Positions 48,941 to 61,821 of a DNA stretch of 64,000 bases are shown piece by piece. Each line of letters starts with the position of its first letter. Positions within the stretch are counted from its first letter, which is position 1. Source of the DNA: Octopus bimaculoides (lineage: Eukaryota); NCBI RefSeq assembly GCF_001194135.2, contig NC_069003.1:21418722-21482721 (forward strand). Reading direction: 5' to 3'. Below the pieces are notes generated by a model. It did not search any database. It was not told where the DNA came from and saw only the letters and a program-made list of their open reading frames with translations. The translations under genes and the position numbers were made by a program.

Positions 48941-49208
48941 GAGTTAACCAAAATCTGCCTTAAACAAGATTCCTGTTGTCTTATAGCAAAAAAAGATGAG
49001 CACATTAGTTAAAATAGTCCTAGATATATTTAAGCGGATGGCATGGATGGTTATGATAGGAATACCTTCAGTCATGGTTGACCCAGGGTTAAACATTAAC
49101 ATCATCAACCTCAACAAGAGTAAAAACAGAATTCCAAGCAGGAAAATCACACCAACATTTTTACAGCTTAGGTTTGCTATTTCCATACTGGGGTACATGC
49201 ACATACAG

Positions 49209-49242
<34 letters not shown>

Positions 49243-49309
49243 ATATATATATATACACATACATACATACATATATATATAAATGCACATTATATATATA
49301 TAGATATAT

Positions 49310-49670
49310 ATATGTGATGGCACCTGTGCCCAGCGTCGCCTTTCTGGCACTTGTGCCCGTGGCATGTGTAAGGACCTTCAAGTGAGATCGTTGCCAGTGC
49401 CCCTGGACTGGCTCTTGTGCGGGTGGCACATAAAATACACCATTTTGAGCATGGCCGGTGCCAGTACTGCCTGACTGCCCTTCGTGCCAGTGGCACATAA
49501 AAGCACCCACTATACTCTCTGAGTGGTTGGCGTTAGGAAGGGCATCCAGCTGTAGAAACTCTGCCAGTTCAGATTGGAGCCTGGTGTAGCCATCCGGTTC
49601 ACCAGTCCTCAGTCAAATCGTCCAACCCATGCTAGCATGGAAAGCGGACGTTAAATGATGATGATGATAT
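49310..49670 (+). mobile_element. RTE-type 3' UTR/tail with internal ~70-bp repeats
   Basis: Same tail as 23690-23937, ending gttaaatgatgatgat. Confidence 0.85.
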
Positions 49671-49751
49671 ATATATGTATGTATGTATTTATATATATAT
49701 ACATATATACATACACACACAATCATATACATGCATGTGCACACACTCATG

Positions 49752-49975
49752 TATAAGGGGGTGCTGAAAAGTTCCTGGCTTTAAGGGTATCATGAAAGGC
49801 CTGGTTGGAGGCCCAACCTTCCAAGTTCTTTTACAAGGCTTAGAAAAACTGAAGGATCATTGCTATAACTGTATGAACCAGAGAGGGGAATATATTCAAT
49901 AAAATCATAATTAACTGTATTTTCCTCCTGTATTTTCTTTTACCCAAAGCTCGGAACTTTTCAGCACTCACTTGC
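49752..49975 (+). mobile_element. Mariner-derived MITE
   Basis: TIRs gggggtgctgaaaagttcc / ggaacttttcagcactca; the interior encodes a mariner C-terminus-like KLKDHCYNCMNQRGEYIQ*. Confidence 0.8.
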
Positions 49976-50429
49976 ATATACACAAACACACACACAAATT
50001 CACACAAACACACATAAATGTGCTTTCAGATCTGTTTCTCTCACTCTCTTCCCCACCAGACACACACACAAACACACACACATACACCCTGCAGCACGTG
50101 AGCCAAGTGTAATAGAGAAGGTATCAAAATCTGATATTAAAGATAGAATAAAGTATGGGAATGCAGGCTTGAGTAAGGATTAGGGAAGAACAAGGTGGAG
50201 GAGGGCATGAAGAAAAGAGAGTGATAGTATATGAGAGAGGGAACAAACGAGAGTGTGAGAGACAGGTGTGTGAGAGTGCATATGTGTGCGAGTGGGGCAA
50301 AGAATAGACATTGTAACAAAAGACAACCAACCTACCAACCAACCAGCCAGCCAACAATCAGCTCTAGATTTAGGTTAAATTCATGTATCTATCCTGAGAC
50401 ACACATAGACCCACACACATACACGCATG

Positions 50430-51082
50430 TATGTTTTGGTCACCCCCAAGGCTATAGTAGAAGTCACTTGCCCATAGTGGCATGTAGCAGGAGTGAACCC
50501 AGAACCATGTGGTTGGGAAGCAAGTTCTTTACTTGCCTGGAAAACTAATAGGGTTTTTTTTCTATTTTTTTATTCTTTTTTTTTTTTCAAATACAGACAC
50601 ACACACGCACGCACACACACACACACACACACAGCATGGTTGTGTGGTTAAGAAACTCCTTTTGAAACACAAGGTTCCATGTTTGGTCCCTGCTATGTAG
50701 CACTTTTGGGTCAACGTCTTCTGTTATAGCCTCAGGCTGACCAATGCCTTGTGTGTGAATTTGGAAGATGGAAACTGTGTGGAAGCCTGTTGTGTATGTA
50801 TGTGTGTGCCTATGTGTATGTCTTTCTGTTTTGCCACCCTCCCCCAACCACGTGACCACCAGTTCTCTTTTGTTTACATCCTTCAAAATTGGGGGTTTCA
50901 GTAAAAAGAGACAAAAAGAACAAGTAGCAGACTAACAAAGTAAGTACTGGGTGCTTCCCAACCATATGATTCTGGGTTCAATCCCACTGCATGGCATCTT
51001 GGGTGTCTTCTACTATAGCCTTGGGTTGACCAAAGTCTTGTGAATAGATTTGATAGATGGAAACTGAAAGAAGCATATTGTG

Positions 51083-51136
<54 letters not shown>

Positions 51137-51680
51137 AAAACAAACTAACATCTGTTTTTCTATAAGTGTCACAATGTGTATTGTATGATACAAATAAGAT
51201 GGTAAAACTTGTCAACAACCAGCCGTGTGTGTGTGTGTGTGTGTACCTCACTACCATTTAACAACCAGCGTTGGTGTGTATGTCCCTATAACTTANNNNN
51301 NNNNNTTAACAACCAGCGTTGGTGTGTATGTCCCTATAACTTAGTTCGGCAAAAGGGACCAATAGAATAAGTATGAGGCTTAAAAGAAAAAAAAAAGGAC
51401 TAGGATTGATTCATTTGACTAAAATTTCTTCAAGGTGATGCTCCAGCATGGTCACAGCCGAATGACTTAAACATTTAAAAAAAGAAGATAAAAGCAGAGC
51501 CCCAACACCCATACACATAGAGGATGGGCTTCCACACAGTTTCCATTTACCAAACTCACTCACAAGGCATCGGTTGGCTCAGAGTTATAAGACATCTGCT
51601 CAAAGTGCTATTTACTGGAACTGAACCCAGAACCATAGGATTGCAAAAGAAGCTTCTTAACCACACGACCATGCCTGGGT
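50430..51680. mobile_element. Cluster of SINE family 1 copies in both orientations
   Basis: 50430-50545 (-), 50635-50900 (+), 50952-51490 (+), 51525-51680 (-). Confidence 0.75.
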
Positions 51681-51751
51681 TTCATTTTTGTTAGGTCCTT
51701 TTTTTTCTTTTGCTCTTGATGATTTGGCTCAACTTGTAAAGGTATATGTAA

Positions 51752-51799
<48 letters not shown>

Positions 51800-51809
51800 G
51801 CATATTCAA

Positions 51810-51890
51810 GGCTCTGATGAAGCTATGAGGTGTTACTCAGGCACTCAACTATGAGTTCACTGCATCTCGTCACAGAAACAGCTGTAAGCT
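51810..51890 (+). ncRNA. Type I hammerhead ribozyme motif with long stem II (second family)
   Basis: Stem I GGCU/AGCU; CUGAUGA (51814-51820); stem II AUGAGGUG/CAUCUCGU; GAAA (51875-51878); palindromic ACAGCUGU stem III; GUA cleavage triplet. Confidence 0.55.
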
Positions 51891-51965
51891 AATGAACTTC
51901 AAAAGATAATCGTTTATTCCTTTGTCATCTCATTTTTTTGCATACATACATATATATCTGTGGTG

Positions 51966-52165
51966 ATGGCACATGGCTGAGTGGTTAGGGTGTTGCACTC
52001 ATGATCACAAGATCATGCTTTCAATTTCTGGACTGGGTGGTGCATTGTGTTCTTGAGCAAAACACTTCATTTCCCGTTGCTCTGCAATCACTCCAACACC
52101 TGTTGTGTGGCACACCACGCACCTGTTCAGGTAACATTGATTTGATGGAGAGAATGAGCTGATGT
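51966..52165 (+). mobile_element. SINE family 3 variant
   Basis: ggcacatggctgagtggttaggg head. Confidence 0.75.
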
Positions 52166-52184
52166 ATAGCGTTTTACATTTTTT

Positions 52185-52520
52185 ACTGGTTTCAGTCATT
52201 AGACTGTGGCCATGCTGGGGCATCCCCTTAAAGCAATTTTAGTCAAACAAATTGACCCCTGTACTTATTTTCTTTAAGCCTGGTATTTATTCTATAAGAC
52301 CCTTTTACCTAACCGTAAAGTTGTCAAGTAATGGTAGGGGACAAACAGACACAAAAGCGCACACACACACACGATAGGTTTCCTTCAGTTTCTATCAACC
52401 AAATCCACTCCAAGGCCTTGATTGACCCGAGGCTCTAGTAGAAGACACTTTCCCACACAATGGGACTGAACCTGGAGCCATGAAGCTGGGAAACAAGCTT
52501 CTTACCACACAGCCACTTCT
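52185..52520 (-). mobile_element. SINE family 1
   Basis: Reverse-complement head and body. Confidence 0.8.
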
Positions 52521-52522
52521 AC

Positions 52523-52602
<80 letters not shown>

Positions 52603-52607
<5 letters not shown>

Positions 52608-52648
52608 ATTAAGGGATCAGCAAATATTTGCTGATCCCTTAATTATGT
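52603..52648. repeat. Perfect 46-bp palindrome without a loop
   Basis: acataattaagggatcagcaaat|atttgctgatcccttaattatgt. Confidence 0.95.
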
Positions 52649-52782
52649 TTATAAATATATATGAGCTTTTAAATAAGTTCTCCACCAATAATGGTGCTTT
52701 CATACCGATGGGCTTGGTAAAAATTATTAATTGTTAATTGATTTATTAATTAATAAATTGATAATCTTTTACCCTTTTAATT

Positions 52783-52869
<87 letters not shown>

Positions 52870-53346
52870 CTAGGTGTAGGCCATAACCCAAAAGAAAATG
52901 GTGAAAATAAGGAACATTTAATATATACATACATGTGTATGTGTGTGAAAATGAGCCCGTGTATGTGTGTGTATGTTAAAACTAGAGTGTTTACAAACTA
53001 AAGTGTTTTGTTAGTAGTGGTAGTAGAGTGTTTACATGTAAACACATGTTCTAAACTAAACACTTCCACAGACACACATTTCATACAGTTTCTATTTTTG
53101 TAGAAGCAGACAAATGGAAAGAAAAAAAAAATCACGCTTTCCTTCTCTACGCACAGCCAGAATGTAAATCCACAGGAATTCCTAATGCCATGTCCAAGAT
53201 TCTGTCAGCATCACACATGGATTCACCAATGTTCCAGGCTTCCAACATAAACAATTAGATGGGCTGAGAAGGTCATGGCTACAGTGTGGTTTCCACATTT
53301 AACAACACACACACACACATATATACAGAAAAAAATGTAGCCAAGC

Positions 53347-53378
<32 letters not shown>

Positions 53379-53504
53379 AAAGTAAGACAGAGTATCTGTT
53401 GAATTCGATACCTTTTGCCATAATGTATGTGAAACACAGTGCTCAACTGACCTGCTAGAAATAGCAGTAGAGTTTGGATTAGATGTTGCATCTTTATTTT
53501 TTAT

Positions 53505-53850
53505 TTCAGTCAGACTGTGGCCATGCTGGGGCAACACCTTTAAGACCTTTGATCAAATGAATCGACTATAGTGCCTATTTATTTTTTAAGCCTGGTATTT
53601 ATTCTATTGGTCACTTATGGGGATTTAAACACACCAATACCAGTTGTCAAAAACTGGTGGTGATGGTGGTAAACAAACAGACACAAAGACACACACACAC
53701 ACGTAATATACAATGGTCTTCTTTCAGTTTCTGTCTGCCAAATCCTCTCACGAAGTTTCAGTCACCCCAAGGCTATTGTAGAAGTTACTTGCCCATGGTG
53801 CCACGCAGTGGGAGTGAACCCGGAACCATGTGGTTGGGAAGCAAGTTCTT
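53505..53850 (-). mobile_element. SINE family 1
   Basis: Reverse-complement head and body. Confidence 0.8.
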
Positions 53851-54425
53851 TACCACATAGCCATGCCTGGAAAACAAATCGGGGTTGTATTTTTCTTTTT
53901 TTTTGCTTTTTTTAAAATTAAATTCCTGTTTCATAGACTGAAAATTTCATTTTACAAATTTTCTTTCCACCACACTTCTGTAACCTTTTCCATTTTGATG
54001 AGAGATGTAAGGACTGCTCATCCCAAACTCAGCTGAAATGGTGACCAAATCTTCCTCAAGTCACATGTTTCCATCTTAATAAAATAATCCCTGCCAAACA
54101 AATAGACATTATCTAATGCAGAATTAGATTTAATATTTCCCAAATAATATAACTAGGCAGGGATAGGCATTGCTGGAGTGGCTTTGATGGTAAGGTATGT
54201 TGGATCAGGGATGATCTGGGCATACAACAACAAGTAATTCATTATTGCCATTGGACTGCATCAAATACCAGCAACATACTGGGGTTTATAATCCTGGCAT
54301 GATATGAAACTATTATATGTATGCATGCAGCACAACATGAAGGCAACTAGAGAGCCTTGGTACGCTGGCCTCTGGAAACTGGGATAGCATCTGATCTTGG
54401 AAACAAGACCAAAACTACACAGTAC

Positions 54426-54508
<83 letters not shown>

Positions 54509-54762
54509 CATACATACATATATACATACATGTACATACATACACAATATAAACATACACATATATATACATACATNNNNNNNNNNNNNNNNNNNNNNNN
54601 NNNNNNNNNNNNNNNNNNNNNNNNNNNNNNNNNNNNNNNNNNNNNNNNNNNNNNNNNNNNNNNNNNNNNNNNNNNNNNNNNNNNNNNNNNNNNNNNNNNN
54701 NNNNNNNNNNNNNNNNNNNNNNNNNNNNNNNNNNNNNNNNNNNNNNNNNNNNNNNNNNNNNN

Positions 54763-54802
<40 letters not shown>

Positions 54803-54814
54803 TACAAACACAGG

Positions 54815-55378
54815 ACCAGTCAGCTAGCACTGGCAGTGACCATGCTCAAATGGTGCTTTTTACATGCCATTGACATAGGAGCCAGTCAGGCGGCACCGGC
54901 ACAATCACGCTCGAATGGTGCTTTTACGTACCAGCAGCACGGGACTAGTCAGGTGGCACTGGCATTGACTACAGCTATGATCTCACTTGTCTTGCCAAGG
55001 CTTCTCAAGCACAGCATATCTCCAAAGGTCTTGGTCACTTGTTATCGCCTCTGTGAGGCCCAACATTCGAAGGTTACACTTCATTACCTCATTCCAGGTC
55101 TTCCTGGGTCTAGTTCTTCAACAGGTTCCCTCAACTGCTAGAGTGTGACACTTCTTCACACAGCTGTCCTCATCCATACGCAACACGTGACCATGCCAGT
55201 GCAGTCATCTCTCTCTTGCACACTACATCTGATGCTTCTTATGTCCAACTTTTCTCTCAGTGGTCTCAATCTCTGTTGTGTATGCACACTGATATTACAC
55301 AGCCAGCGGAGCATACTAGCTGCATTCCTTGCTAGCTTACGCATATGCTCAGCAGTCACTCACACACGCCTTTCCGCA
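54815..55378 (-). mobile_element. RTE LINE 3' end (ORF2 C-terminus plus repeated 3' UTR)
   Basis: MTAEHMRKLARNAASMLRWLCNISVH...LREKLDIRSIRCSVQER, followed by GTC.R.RPRKTW-like sequence. Confidence 0.88.
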
Positions 55379-55687
55379 TTTGATAGAAGAGAGAAAGAGA
55401 GAAACAAAGAGAAACAATCAATGTGGCTCTGCTATTTTTGTACCCATTCACCTGCTCTATACATAAGAAAAAAAAAAGAATAAAATAAATGTATTCTGAA
55501 TACGAAAAACAAAAAAGAAAGACTAAAATATTTCCTCTTGTGAAAAGCCGACTTAGAAGCCATAACCAGGTCACAGACATTACACTCCCACTTCCTTCAC
55601 AACCACTTTACCTTTGCAAAGGTACATAGCTTCATTATATATCTCTATATACACAGACACACACGCACACATGTATGTTGGTTACAA

Positions 55688-55888
55688 ATTTTGGCACAAG
55701 ACTAGCAACTTAGGGGGAAGTTGCTTACATAATTCCGGTGTTCAACTGGCACTTATGTTATTGACCCCACAAAAGGATTAAAGGCAAAGTTGACCTTGAC
55801 GGAATTTTAACTTGGGCTGTAAAGATGGACAAAATGCTGCGGAGTATTTCATCCAGTCTGCTAATAATTCTGCCACCTCACCTCCTTT
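55688..55888 (-). mobile_element. SINE family 2
   Basis: Conserved core. Confidence 0.75.
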
Positions 55889-56138
55889 ATAGATAATATA
55901 TAGATATATGCATATATCCATATATATATATGTACATACCTACATCTATGTGTATACATACATGGATATATGGGTAAGGACATCAAAAAAACATTGAACA
56001 CAATGAGAAACGAAAACATAAAACAAACTTATTTCAAACAACGAAAAAAACAAACAGAGAAACGAGACATGCAACATAAAGAGTATATCCCTTCGTCAGT
56101 TGTCCCTGTTCCATCTACTCTGCATTTTGAAGGCAAGG

Positions 56139-56176
<38 letters not shown>

Positions 56177-57024
56177 TTGATAGGAAGGACAACAAAAGAA
56201 AGAAAGAGACCTCGATATTATGCAAATAGAGGAATTTATCTGTAAAAATATGTGTATGAATAAGTGTCACATATTTTTACAGATATATATNNNNNNNNNN
56301 NNNNNNNNNNNNNNNNNNNNNNNNNNNNNNNNNNNNNNNNNNNNNNNNNNNNNNNNNNNNNNNNNNNNNNNNNNNNNNNNNNNNNNNNNNNNNNNNNNNN
56401 NNNNNNNNNNNNNNNNNNNNNNNNNNNNNNNNNNNNNNNNNNNNNNNNNNNNNNNNNNNNNNNNNNNNNNNNNNNNNNNNNNNNNNNNNNNNNNNNNNNN
56501 NNNNNNNNNNNNNNNNNNNNNNNNNNNNNNNNNNNNNNNNNNNNNNNNNNNNNNNNNNNNNNNNNNNNNNNNNNNNNNNNNNNNNNNNNNNNNNNNNNNN
56601 NNNNNNNNNNNNNNNNNNNNNNNNNNNNNNNNNNNNNNNNNNNNNNNNNNNNNNNNNNNNNNNNNNNNNNNNNNNNNNNNNNNNNNNNNNNNNNNNNNNN
56701 NNNNNNNNNNNNNNNNNNNNNNNNNNNNNNNNNNNNNNNNNNNNNNNNNNNNNNNNNNNNNNNNNNNNNNNNNNNNNNNNNNNNNNNNNNNNNNNNNNNN
56801 NNNNNNNNNNNNNNNNNNNNNNNNNNNNNNNNNNNNNNNNNNNNNNNNNNNNNNNNNNNNNNNNNNNNNNNNNNNNNNNNNNNNNNNNNNNNNNNNNNNN
56901 NNNNNNNNNNNNNNNNNNNNNNNNNNNNNNNNNNNNNNNNNNNNNNNNNNNNNNNNNNNNNNNNNNNNNNNNNNNNNNNNNNNNNNNNNNNNNNNNNNNN
57001 NNNNNNNNNNNNNNNNNNNACACA

Positions 57025-57062
<38 letters not shown>

Positions 57063-57069
57063 AAAGACA

Positions 57070-57230
57070 ACAAGCTTCTTGCAGTTTCTGTTTACCAATT
57101 TCACTCACAAAGCATTGGTTGACCCGGGTCTATAGTAGAAGACTGTTGCCCAAAGTGCCACGCAGTGGGACTGAACCCAAAACTTTATGGTTGGTAAGCA
57201 AAGTTCTTAACCACACAACCATGCTTGCAC
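57070..57230 (-). mobile_element. SINE family 1 head
   Basis: Reverse complement of the consensus head. Confidence 0.8.
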
Positions 57231-57658
57231 TTACACACACACACACACACTCTCCCCCATCACTCTCTGCTTTCTTGTATTTTAACGTGCTGTGTGTTAT
57301 TTATTGCTGAAATGAACTCTTGAACTTCAACATGGAAACTATGTCATGGTCGTCAGACATAAACACTTCAGCAGCTGACGAAGATGGGAACTGACAATCT
57401 TGCACCTGAGCGTCTGATACTGTCAAATGCAGCTCACTGCAGTAGCAGCAGCAGCAGCAATGCTGATGAATGCAGAGAAATAATTGTCACCCTGTCATTA
57501 TCACTTCCCAGCACTCACCTTCTCCTCACAGACAGTAATACTGCACACACACACACATTTCTAGGTAAACAGAAGGGTACACCTAACACTTCAGTGCTAA
57601 GTGCGCATTAAACTACAGCAAGCAGAAATAATGGCCACTTCTTGCATTAATAATAATG

Positions 57659-58021
57659 GCTTCAAATTTTGGCACAAGGCCAGCAATTTCAGGGAAGGGT
57701 GCTAGTTGATTACACTGACCCCAGTTTTCAACTGATACCTATTTTACTGACCTCCTGAAATTATGGAAGGCAAAGTTGACCCTGGTGGAATTTGAACTCG
57801 GAAACATAAAGACAGATGAAATACCACTAAGTATTTTGCCTGGCATGCTGACGATTCTGCCAGCGAAGAAGAAGAAGAAGAAGAAGAAGAAGAAGAAGAA
57901 GAAGAAGAAGAAGAAGAAGAAGAAGAAGAAGAAGAAGAAGAAGAAGAAGAAGAAGAAGAAGAAGAAGAAGAAGAAGAAGAAGAAGAAGAAGAAGAAGAAG
58001 AAGAAGAAGAAGAAGAAGAAG

Positions 58022-58056
<35 letters not shown>

Positions 58057-58639
58057 CCCTTTCTACTAAAGGCACAAGGCCTGAAATTTTGGTGAAGGGG
58101 TTAAGTCAATTACATTGACCCCAGTGTTCAACAGGTATTTATTATATCAACCCCAAAAGATGAAAGGCAAAGTTAACCTCAGTGGAAATTGAACTCAAAA
58201 TGTAAAGCCAGATGAAATACTGCTTAGCATTTTGCCTAGCATGCTAACAATTCTGCTAATAATAACAACAATGGCTCCAAATTTTGGCACAAGGCCAGCA
58301 ATTTCAGGGGAGGGGATAAGTCAATTACATCACCCCACCAGTGTTCAACTGGTATTTATTTTACTGACCCCCAAAAGGATAAAAGGCAAAGTTGACCTTG
58401 ATGGAAATTGAACACAGAAAGTAAATGCTAACTAAAGGCACAAGGCCTGAAATTTGGGGGGAGGGAATTAGTCAATCACATTGACCCCAGTACTTGACTG
58501 GTGCTTAATTTATTGATCCTGAAAGGATGAAAGGCAAAGTCCATCTCGGCAGAATTTCAACTCAGAATGTAGTAAAGACGGGATGAAATGCTGCTAAGCA
58601 TTTTGCCGGGAATTCTAATGATTCTGCCAGCTTGCTGCC

Positions 58640-58714
<75 letters not shown>

Positions 58715-58830
58715 GTTTAAAACTTTGGTTTCAGGACCAGCAGTTTTTGAGAGGAGCAGGGAATCAATTATACTGAGCCCTGTGCTCAATTGGTACTTAT
58801 TTCATCAATCTTGAAAAGATGAAAGGCAAA
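57659..58830 (-). mobile_element. Five co-oriented SINE family 2 copies separated by triplet repeats
   Basis: Approximately 57659-57864, 58060-58258, 58275-58432, 58433-58640 and 58720-58830. Confidence 0.85.
57865..58057. repeat. (GAA)~53 followed by (CAA)~11
   Basis: Uninterrupted GAA from 57865 to 58023. Confidence 0.95.
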
Positions 58831-59401
58831 TATTCTACTTGTCTTATGTTCAAACTGGCCAGATCTGGCCTCTTACACCTATCCTACAATATCATTTCAG
58901 AAATAAACAATCACACCATTGAAATCCTAAAACTAAGCAGTAATGCATGATAAATTGAAAAAAATGTGAATAAATAAGCATTGCAGGTGCAAGTGTGGTC
59001 GTGTGGTATGAAGCTTGCATCTCAACCACATGGTTCTGGGTTCAGTCCCACAGCATGGCACCTTGGACAAGTGTCTTCTACTATAAGCCTCAGATCAACC
59101 AAAGCCTTGTGACTAGATTTGGTAGATGGAAACTGAAAGAAGCTCGTCGTATATGTATATATTTATGTGTTTGTCTCTCCATCACTGCTTGACAACCGGT
59201 GTTGGTGTGTTTATGTCCCCATAACTTAGTAGTTCAGCAAAAGAGATTAATAAAATAAATACCAGGCTTAAAAAAAGTAAGTCCCGGGGGTGATTTGTTC
59301 AACTAAAACCCTTCAAGGTGATGCTCCAGCATGGCCACAGTCAAATGACTGAAACAAGTAAAAGAATATTTGATAGAGTAATCTGAATGCTAAAGGGTTA
59401 A
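58830..59401 (-). mobile_element. MITE family A interrupted by SINE family 1 (58985-59368, +)
   Basis: MITE A body on both sides; ends aatgctaaagggttaa. Confidence 0.8.
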
Positions 59402-60562
59402 AATATTTAAACCCATCTGATTTGTCTGGCTTTTGGAAATAGAAAGGAAGTGTGTGTGTGGTGGGGACAGGGTAGAACAGGACAACTTTTCAATCCTAAC
59501 AGCTACCCCTTCCCATGAGAAACAGACCAACAATCTCTATCCATCCTTAGTTCACTGCATTTACAATGGTGAGAAGGTTAAGGGAATTGTTGTGCAACTC
59601 AGGTGTAACAAATATCAGGAAGGATTTTTGTCCTGAGGTGATGATAATGGCAATAGTGGTGGTAGTGGTAGTGATGGTGGTGGTGAAAGCAGTGGTAACG
59701 ATGGTGATGATGTTGAATTGACAATTATTGCAAAAAACAAAAACAAAAAAAAAACAAATCCATATATGGAAGTCAATTTGTGGTAACATTTTGTTTTTTG
59801 CAGATTTTTTTTTTCTTAATTCTTGTTTCATTGTTTAATCTCCACTGCCACAACCATCACCACCATTTTTTCTAGATATATATTTTACATAATGAAGCAA
59901 AACCAATTATATTTCAACCAACCAAAAGCAAAACAAAAACAAAGAAACTGAATTTAAATAAATTCCATTCTATTAACCTCTTCTTATGTTAAAAATCTGG
60001 TCGGTTATGCATAATTAATTTCAGTAATTATTCATAAAAAACTGTTTTCCTGGCCTTGCAATGTTATAGCTGTTGTTTATCTACTTTCTCCTTATTACCA
60101 TAAATCTATTTCTATTTAGATACGATACAATATCCAAGTTGGAGTTTATTTTATTTTATTTTGGTAGAGTTGTTTAACTATTTTTTGTGGTGGCGGGGGA
60201 AAAAAGTTCTTGGATAGAAAAACAATAAATAATCTTTGAAAACTAGGAATTAAATGTTTATGGACTGAAGTTTTATAGTGCCGTGTGTGTGTATTGGAGG
60301 GGAGGGTTTACTGTTTGGGTTATAAAATAACACTTGACTGTGTATGTGTATGTGTGTGTGTGCAGGTTGTGTAGTGTGTGATGATGTGTGAGAGTGAATG
60401 TGAGTGAATGAGCAAGTGTGAGTGAGTAGAGAGTATGAGTGAGGGAAGAGCAAGTGTGAGTGAGCAAGGGAATGAGCAAGTATGGGTAAAGGAATAAGTG
60501 AGTGTGAGTGAATTAATGAGTAAGAGTGGCAGAAAATGAGTGTGTAAGTAATGTGCATCCAG

Positions 60563-60700
60563 TGAAGGCATATAGTGTAATAGCTTGGGCATCTGGCTCA
60601 ACAACCCTGACATCAGAGGTTCAAGTCTCACACTGGACAAGCTGTTGTTTTCTTAAGCAAGACATTCATTTTCCATTGCTGTAGATCACAGTGGCAGAGG
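60563..60700 (+). mobile_element. SINE family 3 head fragment
   Basis: gaaggcatatagtgta...gaggttcaagtctc. Confidence 0.6.
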
Positions 60701-60879
60701 GAAGGGGCATAACCCCTGCAATAGGTTGGGGCCCAGTTAGAGAGAGTGAGAGAGAGAGCGAGAGAGGCACTTAGACACTTCAGAGACCAAGACACCCAGC
60801 CAAATGGACCTGCATAGCTCAGAACTGAATTTAATTGCATGAGGATCCAGCAACACCACGCTATCGAATATGTCCTTGC

Positions 60880-61332
60880 CTAAGGCGGCGAGCTGGCAGA
60901 AACGTTAGCACACCAGGCAAAATGCCTAGTGGTATTTCGTCTGCTGTTACGTTCTGAGTTCAAATTCCACCGAGGTTGACTTTGCCTTTCATCCTTTCAG
61001 GGTCGATAAATTAAGTACCAGTTACACACTGGGGTCGATATAATCGACTTAATCCATTTGTCCTTGTTTGTCCCCTCTGTGTGTAGCCCCTTGCAGGCAG
61101 TAAAGAAATAAGAAACGTTAGCACGCTGGGCGAAATGCCTAGCGATATTTTGTCTGCCATTATGTTCTGAGTTCAAATTCCACCAAGGTTGACTTTGCCT
61201 TTCATCCTTTGAGGGTCGATTAAATAAGTACCAGTTAATCACTGGGGTCGATGTAATCGACTTAATCCCCTTGTCTGTCCTTGTTTGTCACCTCCATGTT
61301 TAGCCCTCTGTGGGCAATAAAGAAATAAAAAT
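60880..61332 (+). mobile_element. SINE family 2 head-to-tail dimer inside a single 11-bp TSD
   Basis: TSD tatgtccttgc at 60869-60879 and 61333-61343; the second unit starts at gaaacgttagc (~61111). Confidence 0.9.
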
Positions 61333-61789
61333 TATGTCCTTGCTTCTTTTTCTTATGAAAGCTGTAGTCTGTGGATTTTAAGGTAATTTAGTTGCTATTT
61401 CTAGCAGTGGCTGACTCCCTTGTTACCTAATACACTAACAATACTTACAAATATATTTATCTTACAAGGTTTCAATCTCGAGTCAGTTTTGTCAGGTTTC
61501 TATCATATTAATGTCACGCTACTCTTCGGAGATAAAACAGCTTATAACTAGTTAAACAGATTAAAGAATCTTTTGCAAGAGGGAAAAAAAAAAATTACTA
61601 GATATATTTGAATATAAAACAAACCACAAAAAATAGATCTTTGAAATATTATTATTATCATCATAATCATCATCTTTAGGTATTATTATTACTATCATAA
61701 TTATCATTACTACTACTACTACTACTACTACTACCATCTTTAGGTATCATCATCATCATCATTACTATTACTACTGCTGCTCCTCCAAC

Positions 61790-61821
<32 letters not shown>

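Noticed and set aside
51258-51343. 38-bp direct repeat across a 10-N gap
   Set aside because: Identical sequence on both sides of a minimal gap is the signature of unmerged overlapping contig ends.
52660-52710. Hammerhead-like motif on the minus strand (UAUGA-AA-GCACC...GGUG)
   Set aside because: It lacks both CUGA and GAAA at the required positions.
56085-56130. Hammerhead around minus-strand CUGACGA
   Set aside because: No GAAA follows a closable stem II, and a permuted topology also fails to form stem I.
57365-57400. Hammerhead around plus-strand CUGACGA
   Set aside because: No stem II or GAAA downstream.
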